Origin: Bremerella sp.
GTDB taxonomy: Bacteria; Planctomycetota; Planctomycetia; Pirellulales; Pirellulaceae
DNA length: 64,000 nt
Reading direction: 5' to 3'
Assembly: GCF_046290535.1 (NCBI RefSeq)
Contig: NZ_JBKAGU010000044.1
Location: 91,055 to 155,054, forward strand
The notes under the pieces were generated by a model, which saw only the letters and a list, made by a program, of their open reading frames with translations, ran no database searches and was not told where the DNA came from. Position 1 is the stretch's first letter; each line of letters opens with the position of its first letter. Shown piece after piece: positions 19,616 to 28,452 of the stretch. The position numbers were made by a program, and so were the translations under genes.

Positions 19616-19621
19616 ATTATA
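19616..19621 (-). promoter_or_regulatory. Candidate -10 box for phoH
   Basis: Perfect TATAAT on the minus strand in a GGGTATAAT context (same context at 10414-10422 upstream of ilvE); no clear -35. Confidence 0.4.
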
Positions 19622-19798
19622 CCCCACCGGGTATCTTGATGTTTCTCCGGTTCGTCACGTTTTAGCACTTAGACCATTTGCATGAATGACGTAACACTTG
19701 CTTGCGAGAAACTTTGCGAAACCTTCGCCAGAACTTTGCCTCTCGGGAAAGTCTGCCCAGGTGGACAGCACAAAGATCAAAAAACTCCGGTCTTTGAG

Positions 19799-19828
19799 TT
19801 GCCGCCAATTGGGGGCAGTGCCTACAAT
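19799..19828 (+). promoter_or_regulatory. Candidate sigma70 promoter for the FHIPEP-domain gene
   Basis: TTGCCG(19799-19804)-N18-TACAAT(19823-19828), about 75 nt upstream of ATG 19905. Confidence 0.5.
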
Positions 19829-19904
19829 CGTTCATTACATGGAAGCGGTTTCGCGGATGGTTGCGAGATCCAAGTCGTGCACCTTTTGAGACGAAAGGTT
19901 CTCA

Positions 19905-21419
19905 ATGGATTATGCGTCGATTCTGGCTCGTTACATCGGCAGGGAAGTTTATGTATCGACATTTGGCCACGTTCGCTTACGTGGAGAATTGGCCGCAGTT
20001 TACGAAGACTGCGTCCGTCTAATTAATGCCTCGACTTCGCAAGAGTCCGAGGATGCCCCTTGGTCTAGTTCCATTACAGACTTCGGTGACGATGGACCTC
20101 AAACGGATGGCTCGGAAGCCTTGGTCCACTTTCATCATATTGTCGCGATTCGCTGTGCGGATGACGAATTGTTAGACGTTCCGGTACTTCCGGAATATCA
20201 CGCAGACCTACCAGTTCCCATCGTCGAGAGTGAAACGCCAGCTGCCCAAGACGCCAACCAGGAACCTTGGGAAGCATTCCTGGAAGTTGACCGTTTGACC
20301 CTGGAATTAGGGCAAAAACTGGTCAAGCTTGTGCATCCTGAGTCGACTGACATCATGCAGCGAACCTCAGCGATTCGGTGTCACCTGGCCGACTCGTTGG
20401 GGATGGTGATTCCGAGACTGCGGCTGCGAGATTCGTTGGATTTAGGGGATCAGGAATACCGAATCCTGATCGATCAATACGAGGTCGCACGTGGTCGACT
20501 CGGCCCCGGTCAGTATCTGGCCCTCGATATGGGAACCTCGAGCGGAACCCTGCAGGGCGTTCGTGGGATTGATCCAACCTTTGGTGGTCCAGGGGTCTGG
20601 ATTAAATCGGGTCAACAGCAGGAAGCCGAACAGCTAGGTTACCTGGTAATCGACCCTTCGATGCTGGTGATCACGCATCTACAGGAAACGTTGCGGCGAC
20701 ACGCTCACGAGATTCTGACTCTAGGTGATGTGCGGGAAATGCTTGAACGACTGCGCGAGCGATCGCCCGGCGAATTCGACGAAATCCGTTCAAGCCCAAT
20801 GACAGTGTCCATGCTGCATGCCGTTTTACGACGACTGTTAGAAGAAGGGGAGTCGATCAAGAACTTCTCGCGGATTGTCGAGATACTGGCTCTGCATGGA
20901 CATCGCAACCAGGATATCGAATCGCTGGTCGCGATGGTTCGAGTCCGACTTGGTCGACAGTTAGTTCAGCGTTACATCGATACCGACGGCAAGGTGCATG
21001 CCGTTGGGCTCGACCGAGAATTGGAGGCCCCCCTTCTGCAAATGACCGATGAAGACGCCGGCCGGCAGGTCCGAGGCTGGATGGAACGTCTTGTCGAAGT
21101 ATTGCGAGAAGCGTTCCAGCGGCTCGACGAGCAGCAGCGGCCTGTCGCAGTCATCGTTTCAACTGATTTGCGAAAACGATTGTGGCAGATTCTTTCGCCT
21201 CACTTCCCACAGATCGCGGTCTTAAGCCTGGCGGAGATTCCTCGTGGGACCGAGATTTACTGGCAGATGATTGTTTCGCCGGAAGAAGTGGGGGCTCTGG
21301 AATCGGTCGTCAAACGCAGTCCGCACCCAGCAGTGGCGAAGGACACGACCTATCGTCCCGCCAAGAACAAGATGTCGGATCACCTGGCCGAAGAGCTACC
21401 ACCTCGTCGGCCTCGATAG
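19905..21419 (+). CDS. Soluble FHIPEP-family protein: FlhA-type cytoplasmic domain with an N-terminal Sm-like domain and no TM region
   Basis: FlhA_C-like LTLELGQKLVKLV, IRCHLADSLGMVIPRLRLRDSLDL..EYRILI..EVARG, DPTFGGPGVWI, GYLVIDPSMLVITHL, LRRLLEEGESIKNFSRIVE, LVAMVRVRLGRQL, IAVLSLAEIP; no hydrophobic TM block or FHIPEP loop. Confidence 0.85.
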   Translation: MDYASILARYIGREVYVSTFGHVRLRGELAAVYEDCVRLINASTSQESEDAPWSSSITDFGDDGPQTDGSEALVHFHHIVAIRCADDELLDVPVLPEYHADLPVPIVESETPAAQDANQEPWEAFLEVDRLTLELGQKLVKLVHPESTDIMQRTSAIRCHLADSLGMVIPRLRLRDSLDLGDQEYRILIDQYEVARGRLGPGQYLALDMGTSSGTLQGVRGIDPTFGGPGVWIKSGQQQEAEQLGYLVIDPSMLVITHLQETLRRHAHEILTLGDVREMLERLRERSPGEFDEIRSSPMTVSMLHAVLRRLLEEGESIKNFSRIVEILALHGHRNQDIESLVAMVRVRLGRQLVQRYIDTDGKVHAVGLDRELEAPLLQMTDEDAGRQVRGWMERLVEVLREAFQRLDEQQRPVAVIVSTDLRKRLWQILSPHFPQIAVLSLAEIPRGTEIYWQMIVSPEEVGALESVVKRSPHPAVAKDTTYRPAKNKMSDHLAEELPPRRPR

Positions 21420-21490
21420 CAAGACAGTCTACCTCCGTGGGATGGCTGCCGGCGGCTTCGTCGGCGGCCATTTTCGGTTCTTGAGGATCT

Positions 21491-21949
21491 CTAGTCTTCG
21501 ATTGCTTTGCGGTCTTGTTGGTCAGGCACGACATAAGAGTCGACGACTTCCGACCTGCCAGGCGAACTGGTGTAAGTGTGCGTTTCGCCATCGACGGTCG
21601 TCGTGGCCTGGATGTGAAACTTGGACTTGGCCCAGCTCAGAAACCGCTTCTTCATCCACTCTCGACAAGGTGGAATCAGTAGGGCGAAACCAAACGCGTC
21701 GGTCAGTAGCCCTGGCGTCATCAGCAGGGCACCGGCGGCGAAGATCATCGCCGCATCGGCCATCGCACTGCCAGGCATCTGCCCCGATGCCATTTGCGAT
21801 TGAATCTTCTGCCAGGTCGAAAACCCTTGACTTCGCGCTAGAAGCGTTCCCAGAATACCCGTGAATAGCACGATGCCCAGCGTCACTAGCCATCCTTCGA
21901 ATTGGGCCAGCCACAAAAGCAGCGTCAGTTCCACCAGGGGAACGGTCAC
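21491..21949 (-). CDS. fxsA: FxsA family protein (5' end uncertain, possible frameshift)
   Basis: VPLVELTLL, LFTGILGTLLARSQG, AGALLMTPGLLTDAFGFALLIPP; FxsA-like hydrophobic residues continue upstream of the GTG. Confidence 0.88.
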   Translation of the reverse strand: MTVPLVELTLLLWLAQFEGWLVTLGIVLFTGILGTLLARSQGFSTWQKIQSQMASGQMPGSAMADAAMIFAAGALLMTPGLLTDAFGFALLIPPCREWMKKRFLSWAKSKFHIQATTTVDGETHTYTSSPGRSEVVDSYVVPDQQDRKAIED

Positions 21950-22059
21950 GAATAGTGCGAGCAGTATGGCAAAAACTTGAATGGTTCTGATCCATATGAA
22001 AGGGGAAGTTCGCCTAGGGGAATGATAACACGCAGTTATTCGTCGCCAATCTCGGAAGC

Positions 22060-23223
22060 TTAGAAACGAAGTTGTCCAAACGCCTCCACCAACGTGTCCA
22101 GGTGCTGCCGCGTGTGCCCAGAGGAAAGACTAATCCGCAAGAGACACTCGCCGTCCGGTACCGAAGGCGGACGTATGCCCGGTACGAGCATGCCTCGCTC
22201 GAACAGCTTGGCCGAAAGGTCCATCGCCAAGGTTTCTGTCCCCACAATCACCGGAATGATCTGGCTGTGGCTATCGCCCAGGCTCCACCCCTGCCCTCGC
22301 AATGCGGCTCGCAGAAACTCAGCACTTTCCATGAGTTTCTGGCGACGCTCCGGTTCTGCCTGAATGATTTGCAGTGCGGCGAGCATGGCTGCGGAATTCG
22401 CCGCGGGGGCAGCAGTTGAAAAGACATAGGGCCGCGAGCGATTCACTAAGAAATCGATCAATGCTTGACTGCCAACGACGAAACCGCCATGTCCACCGAG
22501 TGCCTTGCTGAATGTTCCCACCCGCACTGGTACGCGATCTTCGATACCGAAATGTTCGCAAAGCCCATGTCCGTGCTCGCCGAAAACGCCCGTCGCATGG
22601 GCCTCGTCGACCATCAGCATCGCTTCGTACTGCTCGGCCAACTCAACCAGTTCATCCAGCGGGGCAATGGTGCCGTCCATGCTGAAGAGCGTGTCGGTCA
22701 CGATCAGTCGTCGACGAAACGTGCCGCACTGTTTCAGCAAGTTCTCCAGGTAAGCGACATCGCGATGGGGATAGACACGCACGGTCGCTTTGGAGAGCCG
22801 CGTGCCGTCGATGATACTGGCGTGGTTCTTCTCGTCACTGAGAATCACATCCCCGCGGTCGGTCAGCGCGTCGATCGTGCCTGCGTTGGCTGCAAATCCG
22901 CTGGAGAACGTCAGTGCAGCCTCAGTTGCCTCGAATCGGGCCAATTCCGCCTCGAGCTTGGCCTGGTCGTTTCCCCTGCCAGTGATCAGCGGGCTGGCTC
23001 CACTTCCCCATCCTTCGGTGACGATCGCCTGCTGTGCGGCATCACGCAGGCGAGGATCAGCCGCCAGGTCAAGGTAATCATTGCTGCCGAAGTTGAGGAG
23101 TTGGTTCTCTTTCCAAGTGACGGTAGCGCCTTGCTGCGTGGAACGCACGTGGATTGCGCGTCGCCGCTCCATCGCATGAAGCAGGTCAAGTTGTTCGGGA
23201 ATCCAAGCCAATGGGTCAAACAT
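22060..23223 (-). CDS. bioF: 8-amino-7-oxononanoate synthase
   Basis: [69 protein letters not shown]; start at ATG 23223. Confidence 0.93.
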   Translation of the reverse strand: MFDPLAWIPEQLDLLHAMERRRAIHVRSTQQGATVTWKENQLLNFGSNDYLDLAADPRLRDAAQQAIVTEGWGSGASPLITGRGNDQAKLEAELARFEATEAALTFSSGFAANAGTIDALTDRGDVILSDEKNHASIIDGTRLSKATVRVYPHRDVAYLENLLKQCGTFRRRLIVTDTLFSMDGTIAPLDELVELAEQYEAMLMVDEAHATGVFGEHGHGLCEHFGIEDRVPVRVGTFSKALGGHGGFVVGSQALIDFLVNRSRPYVFSTAAPAANSAAMLAALQIIQAEPERRQKLMESAEFLRAALRGQGWSLGDSHSQIIPVIVGTETLAMDLSAKLFERGMLVPGIRPPSVPDGECLLRISLSSGHTRQHLDTLVEAFGQLRF

Positions 23224-23295
23224 GAGGTACTCGCGAAATTGGGGATCTACTTCTATTATTTCGCAAGCGAGCCTGCCGCTCAAACGGGCTTGACC

Positions 23296-24072
23296 CTACT
23301 TCAGCAGATGCTTCTTCAGATAGTCGACCAGGTCGAGCTTTACACTGCCGTTTTTCAGCTCTTTGGCGATCGCTTTATTTGCTTCGCGAACAAGCTTCTC
23401 TTCCTTGCCAGCCAGCTTCCTGGCCAGTTTTCCTTCGAACTGTTCCCCAATTTGCTCGGCAACTTCACCGTGGGCTTTGCCGATGCGGTGAACGTAGAAC
23501 CGTTCGAGATCGATCTGGCCGCCAGTCACATGAGGAGTTAACTCCGCCTTTGAGACAAACGATGACGGATCCCACTTGCTGTCCAACTGGACATCAAGGC
23601 GAATCTTTACCGTCGCTTCCGCAACAACACTCACGCCGATCAGGCGTACACCCCGGACCCACTGTTGGAATTCGGCCTCGCCTTGAAACTCAACTCGGGC
23701 GTGGATCTGGCAGGTCGATCGCATCGGGCCAACGTTCAGGTCCTCGATCCAGATGCGGACATGTTGATTCGGGTCTTCAATATGACCCAGGTAACGCACC
23801 CAGTCCCCATGGTTCTGTGCTTCGCGGACGCGCTCGAGCTTCAAGCTGTTCCATTTGCCGCGTACTTTTAGCCGCTTGGTGAAATCGTGAGTGCTTCCCC
23901 AGTCGGACTCGTCTTTGAATGACGAAGGCAAGGACCGGCGAACGGCGTCTTCCAGAATGGGGGAGAGGATCTTCTCGAAGTCCGCCTGGGGAGCTGCTGC
24001 TAGCATCGAGGGAACAAGCAGACAGATGCTTGAAACAAGCAGCGGTAGCGTTCGCCATTTTCGCGTTGGCAT
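23296..24072 (-). CDS. Hypothetical exported protein
   Basis: Signal peptide, beta-rich body, co-oriented with and 12 nt upstream of the extended bioF ORF; no family recognised. Confidence 0.7.
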   Translation of the reverse strand: MPTRKWRTLPLLVSSICLLVPSMLAAAPQADFEKILSPILEDAVRRSLPSSFKDESDWGSTHDFTKRLKVRGKWNSLKLERVREAQNHGDWVRYLGHIEDPNQHVRIWIEDLNVGPMRSTCQIHARVEFQGEAEFQQWVRGVRLIGVSVVAEATVKIRLDVQLDSKWDPSSFVSKAELTPHVTGGQIDLERFYVHRIGKAHGEVAEQIGEQFEGKLARKLAGKEEKLVREANKAIAKELKNGSVKLDLVDYLKKHLLK

Positions 24073-24235
24073 GGGCCTCTCCCCAAGAAGGTGTGGACAC
24101 TATGACTGTTTATCGCAATTTTCTCGATTTGGTTCGCACGAATTCTCTAAAGTCGGACGAACCGGATTGGCACGATTGTGAGAATTCTTCTAAGATTCCG
24201 TCCCGATTCTCGTACGATCCCCCTCTGTAGCTATC

Positions 24236-27200
24236 GTGGTTTCGCGAATGAACGGACTCATTCCAAACGTCGGTCGTCTTCTCATCTGCGTACTGGTGTG
24301 GACTTTCTTCCAGATGCTAGCGTCGTCGGCCTTGGCCGAGGTGCCCGGTACTTGGTACCTGGACGCTCAGCTGAACGACGTGGCGTTCATTGATGATCGG
24401 CACGGCATTGCCGTTGGCGATCACGGAGCTATCTGGCAAACCGATGACGCTGGTCGCCAGTGGAGACAGATTCCCTCGGGTACCGATGCTCATCTGGCGA
24501 GTGTCTACTTCACCGACCCACAGCACGGCTGGGCAGTCGGCGGTCATCAACAGCCTTACAGCACCCAGACGCGTGGCGTGGTACTCACGACCAGCGATGG
24601 TGGCATGACGTGGAAAACGATGCCGGAACAGTCACTGCCAAAGTTGACCGGTGTTCGATTTGAAGATACCCGTCACGGCTGGGCGGTCGGTCACGGTTCG
24701 CACATGTTTCCCACCGGATTGTTTGAAACGACCGACGGGGGACGCAGCTGGCGAAGCCTGCCAGGTACCCAGAACACACACTTTCAAAAGTTCGCCGTCT
24801 TGCCTGGTGGCGAGTTGCTGTTGGCTGGCGTGAAGGGAAACCTATCGCTGGCTGATCGCGGCGGAATTCGCAAGCCGACGATCCTGGTTGATCCGCTACG
24901 AGACATGCAAGACATTGTCGTCGCCGGTTCCAAAGAGGCAACAGCTGTTGGCGAGGGTGGGCTGATTCTCAATTCGAGTAACGCCGGCACGTCGTGGGAA
25001 GTCATCGCCCCAGGGCCTCTGCAGCAAACCGACCGACAAGTCGACTTCTACGCGGTCGAACGACTCGGCAAGCATGTCTGGATTGCTGGTGATCCTGGTA
25101 GCTTTGTGCTCCATTCCAGCGATGGCGGCAAATCGTTCTCCACGCAAAAGCTTCCGACGACCGCTACCATTCGGGCCATCTTCTTTCGCAGCGAAACCAC
25201 CGGCTGGGCGGTTGGCTCGCTGGGAACCATTCTGCATACCAGTGATGGCGGTCAAACCTGGACTGTGCAGCGACAAGGTGGCCAACGGCTGGCACTACTG
25301 GGCATCTTTCATGACGCATCGATCATCCCCTACGAACTGGTAAGCCATCACGCTGGCTCGCAGGGCTATTTGACCGGAATGGAAGTGATCAATCGTCCGA
25401 TGCCGCAAACGGGCAAGTCTCGCCCGCCGCTTGCCGATGCCCTGCTGCATAGCGGAGCGAACGTTGGTCATACGGCCTGGCAGTTTCCCGCTTATGACGC
25501 CCAGCTCAAGCTGACCGGTGACCAAATGTCCAAGACGTGGGACGCCGCCAACGACGGTCAAGGGCTTACGGCCGCTGAGAGCTACCTGGTGCAGCGTATT
25601 CGACAATGGAAGCCCACTGTTGTCTTGACTGACTACGCCGATCCGACCGGCAAAGATCCGTTGGCCTATATGATCAATCAATTGGTGCTTCGTGCGGTAG
25701 AGCGAGCAGGCGACGCAGATAGCTTTCCCGAGCAGCTCTCAGAGCTTGGGCTTGTTCCTTGGACCGTCTCGCGGGTGTGTAGCGTCGTGCCAGAGGGGCA
25801 GAATGGTTCGATCACGTTAAACGCGACACAAATCTCGCCGCAACTGGCGATGTCGTTATCCGAGCACGCCGGCGTTTCCCGAGGGATTGCCACCAGTCAG
25901 CTGGTTGATGCTCCTTCCACGCTTGAACTGAAAGTCTTGCGTTCGTCGGGCCTGCTCGAGGGACGCTTGAGCGATATCTTCACGGGACTATCCGTACCGG
26001 CAGGAAAGGGGGCACGACGGCCACCACAGCAAATGCCTCTGGTCGATTTGGCACAGCTTCAGCGAGCATCTCAAAAGCGTCGGAACATGTTCGAGATGAT
26101 TAATCACGCCGTTAAAGACGAGCAGCGCGGGGCGCTATTGCTGGGGCAGATGCTGAAGCTTTCCGAAGACTTGCCACCGGCACGCAGCGTCGAGGTCCTT
26201 GCGCACCTGGCCAGCAAAGCCAATGAAAGCGGCAATCTTTCTTTAGCGGCCGATATGCATCACCAGATTGTCCGCAACTATCCCTCGCATGTTCTGGCGG
26301 AGCGTTCCGCAGCGTGGCTGCTTGGGTATTACGCGAGCAGCGAGATGCAGTTCCTCAGTCGTGGTTCAGTCGAGTTCGCGACCCCCACGGCACCCAAAGA
26401 AGTACCTGATGCCGAGGGTGCCGAAGAGCCGAGTGGGATTGCGACCGTATCCTTCGATGATCCCACCAACTACAAGAGTCCAACCAAGTCGCCTGAGCGT
26501 GCGGCGAAGTTGATTGCGGAGTTGAACCAGACGATGCCGCAGGTGTTGGCCGATCCTTCGTTGGCGTTTCTGCTGGAACGTCTGCATGCCGAGCAAGGGC
26601 ATTCGCGGCAAGGCGAATCGTACATTCGCCGCTTGTTGAACCTCGGCCAGGAAAACCCCTGGTGCCGCCGTGCTCAATGGGAACTGGTCCTCGGTCGGGG
26701 AAGCAGCCAAGTCGATGCTCCGGCCGTGGCTGCCAACTACGAGGAATCGAAGCCAGTGCTCGATGGCCGATTGAACGATCGCGTCTGGCAAACGGGAAAA
26801 CCGGTCGATTTTCAGGCCGGCACCCTTTCGCCGGAAGCAGGTGCCCCCCCTGCGGCGATGATTGTGGGCTTTGACGATGATTACTTGTACCTGGCGATTC
26901 GATGCATGAAGTCGAAGAACTTCCGCTATGAAGCCCCAGGCCAACGCGCACGCGAGCGTGACGCCGATCTTCAAACAACAGATCGCGTTCACATTTATCT
27001 CGACCTAGATCGCGACTATGCGACTTCGTACTGTTTGTCGGTCGATTATCGCGGACGAACCGCCGATTCCCTTTCCGGCAACATGGCGTGGAACCCCAAC
27101 TGGTATGTCGCGGCCGACCAGGATGCGACCACTTGGACCATCGAAGCAGCGATTCCCTTCAAAGAGCTGTCAGCCCAGGTCCTTCAGCCAGGCGATACCT

Positions 27201-27310
27201 GGGGGATGGCCGTCCAGCGCGTGATCGTCAGCGAAGGAACTGAGGCGTGGCCAGCTAGTCCCCTCTATGAGATGGGTCCAACCGAGTTCGGTCTCTTGCA
27301 ATTTCAATAA
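24236..27310 (+). CDS. Large exported YCF48-like beta-propeller protein with additional domains
   Basis: Repeated GWAVG...T.DGG.(S/T)W (BNR/YCF48-type) units in the N-terminal third; central helical region; C-terminal P.LDG.LND.VW...WTIEAAIP (CBM9/DOMON-like). Confidence 0.8.
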   Translation: MVSRMNGLIPNVGRLLICVLVWTFFQMLASSALAEVPGTWYLDAQLNDVAFIDDRHGIAVGDHGAIWQTDDAGRQWRQIPSGTDAHLASVYFTDPQHGWAVGGHQQPYSTQTRGVVLTTSDGGMTWKTMPEQSLPKLTGVRFEDTRHGWAVGHGSHMFPTGLFETTDGGRSWRSLPGTQNTHFQKFAVLPGGELLLAGVKGNLSLADRGGIRKPTILVDPLRDMQDIVVAGSKEATAVGEGGLILNSSNAGTSWEVIAPGPLQQTDRQVDFYAVERLGKHVWIAGDPGSFVLHSSDGGKSFSTQKLPTTATIRAIFFRSETTGWAVGSLGTILHTSDGGQTWTVQRQGGQRLALLGIFHDASIIPYELVSHHAGSQGYLTGMEVINRPMPQTGKSRPPLADALLHSGANVGHTAWQFPAYDAQLKLTGDQMSKTWDAANDGQGLTAAESYLVQRIRQWKPTVVLTDYADPTGKDPLAYMINQLVLRAVERAGDADSFPEQLSELGLVPWTVSRVCSVVPEGQNGSITLNATQISPQLAMSLSEHAGVSRGIATSQLVDAPSTLELKVLRSSGLLEGRLSDIFTGLSVPAGKGARRPPQQMPLVDLAQLQRASQKRRNMFEMINHAVKDEQRGALLLGQMLKLSEDLPPARSVEVLAHLASKANESGNLSLAADMHHQIVRNYPSHVLAERSAAWLLGYYASSEMQFLSRGSVEFATPTAPKEVPDAEGAEEPSGIATVSFDDPTNYKSPTKSPERAAKLIAELNQTMPQVLADPSLAFLLERLHAEQGHSRQGESYIRRLLNLGQENPWCRRAQWELVLGRGSSQVDAPAVAANYEESKPVLDGRLNDRVWQTGKPVDFQAGTLSPEAGAPPAAMIVGFDDDYLYLAIRCMKSKNFRYEAPGQRARERDADLQTTDRVHIYLDLDRDYATSYCLSVDYRGRTADSLSGNMAWNPNWYVAADQDATTWTIEAAIPFKELSAQVLQPGDTWGMAVQRVIVSEGTEAWPASPLYEMGPTEFGLLQFQ

Positions 27311-27369
27311 ATCCGCTTAGAACGGTGCGAGTTGAAACCCATGAAGTTCTCTCGCGAGCGGCAATTAGC

Positions 27370-28338
27370 GTGGCATATCTGATCGGAATCGATGAAGCAG
27401 GATACGGCCCCAACCTGGGGCCCCTGGTCATCGGTGGAACCGTATGGCAACTCGACGACCGTCATGATGACCTGACGCAGGTCGAGTTGTACGATCTGCT
27501 CAAAGACGCCGTCACGCGAAAGCTAAGCCGCACGCATCTGGCAATTGCGGATTCCAAGGTGGTATATGGTAAGCGAGATGATCTCTCGCTGCTGGAAGAG
27601 GCAGTGCTGGCGACCGGCGACCACCTCGACCATATACATCCCATCTGGCAAGGATGCTGCGAGCCGGACCTGGGGGATGACTTGCCAGAGGGAATGGCCC
27701 CTTGGTATTCGGGGTGGGAGCATACCTGCCCGCTGCATGCTGACGAGGGAATCGTCGCAGAACGAAAGTCGCAGTTCTCCAGCGTTTGTGCACACAACGG
27801 TGTAGCACTAGCCCAAGTGCGAAGCGTCTTCTTGACCGAAAAAGCGTACAACGAGCGTCTCACTCAAATTGGCAACAAGAGCACCGTTCTTTCGCACGCG
27901 TCCCTTGGCCTCGTGCGGCGATTGCTGGAAGAGCTTAATGCGACCACGCCCCAGGCCGTTCGCATCGTCTGCGATAAACATGGCGGTCGAGACTACTACG
28001 CCGGCCTCTTGCAGCATTTCTTTCCCGAAACCTGGTGGCAAATTCACGAAGAGTCGCGCAGCGTCAGCCGTTACGTGGGCGAAGTCGGCCCGTTGGACGT
28101 TGCGATCGAGTTCCGCTCGAAAGGGGAAGGCTTTCTGCCCACCGCCCTGGCCTCGATCTATGCCAAGTTCCACCGCGAGGTCGCCATGCGAGCCATAAAT
28201 GCGTTTTGGGCTCAGCATGTACCAGGCATTGCTGAGACCGCCGGATATCCAGTCGATGCAGCCCGCTTCGCCGACCAGACCGAGGCAAGTCGAAAAGAGC
28301 TGAAGATCCCGTGGGAAACATTCTGGCGACTTAAGTAA
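27370..28338 (+). CDS. RNase HII-fold protein (divergent)
   Basis: GIDEAGYGPNLGPLV, ADSK, VCDKHGG, KGE...ALASIYAK, GYP match RNase H2 motifs; GTG start at 27370. Confidence 0.65.
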   Translation: MAYLIGIDEAGYGPNLGPLVIGGTVWQLDDRHDDLTQVELYDLLKDAVTRKLSRTHLAIADSKVVYGKRDDLSLLEEAVLATGDHLDHIHPIWQGCCEPDLGDDLPEGMAPWYSGWEHTCPLHADEGIVAERKSQFSSVCAHNGVALAQVRSVFLTEKAYNERLTQIGNKSTVLSHASLGLVRRLLEELNATTPQAVRIVCDKHGGRDYYAGLLQHFFPETWWQIHEESRSVSRYVGEVGPLDVAIEFRSKGEGFLPTALASIYAKFHREVAMRAINAFWAQHVPGIAETAGYPVDAARFADQTEASRKELKIPWETFWRLK

Positions 28339-28452
28339 CCATCGCGAACCGCTCGTTGTCGATCTGGGGCCAGGGGAATAAAATAACCAAAGTATGCGAA
28401 AAATAGACGGCGACCTAAATCGCCGTATTCCCCCCAACAGAATCATAAGTTC

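Noticed and set aside
24168-24185. TGGCACG as a sigma54 promoter for the YCF48-like gene
   Set aside because: It lacks the GC dinucleotide at the -12 position.
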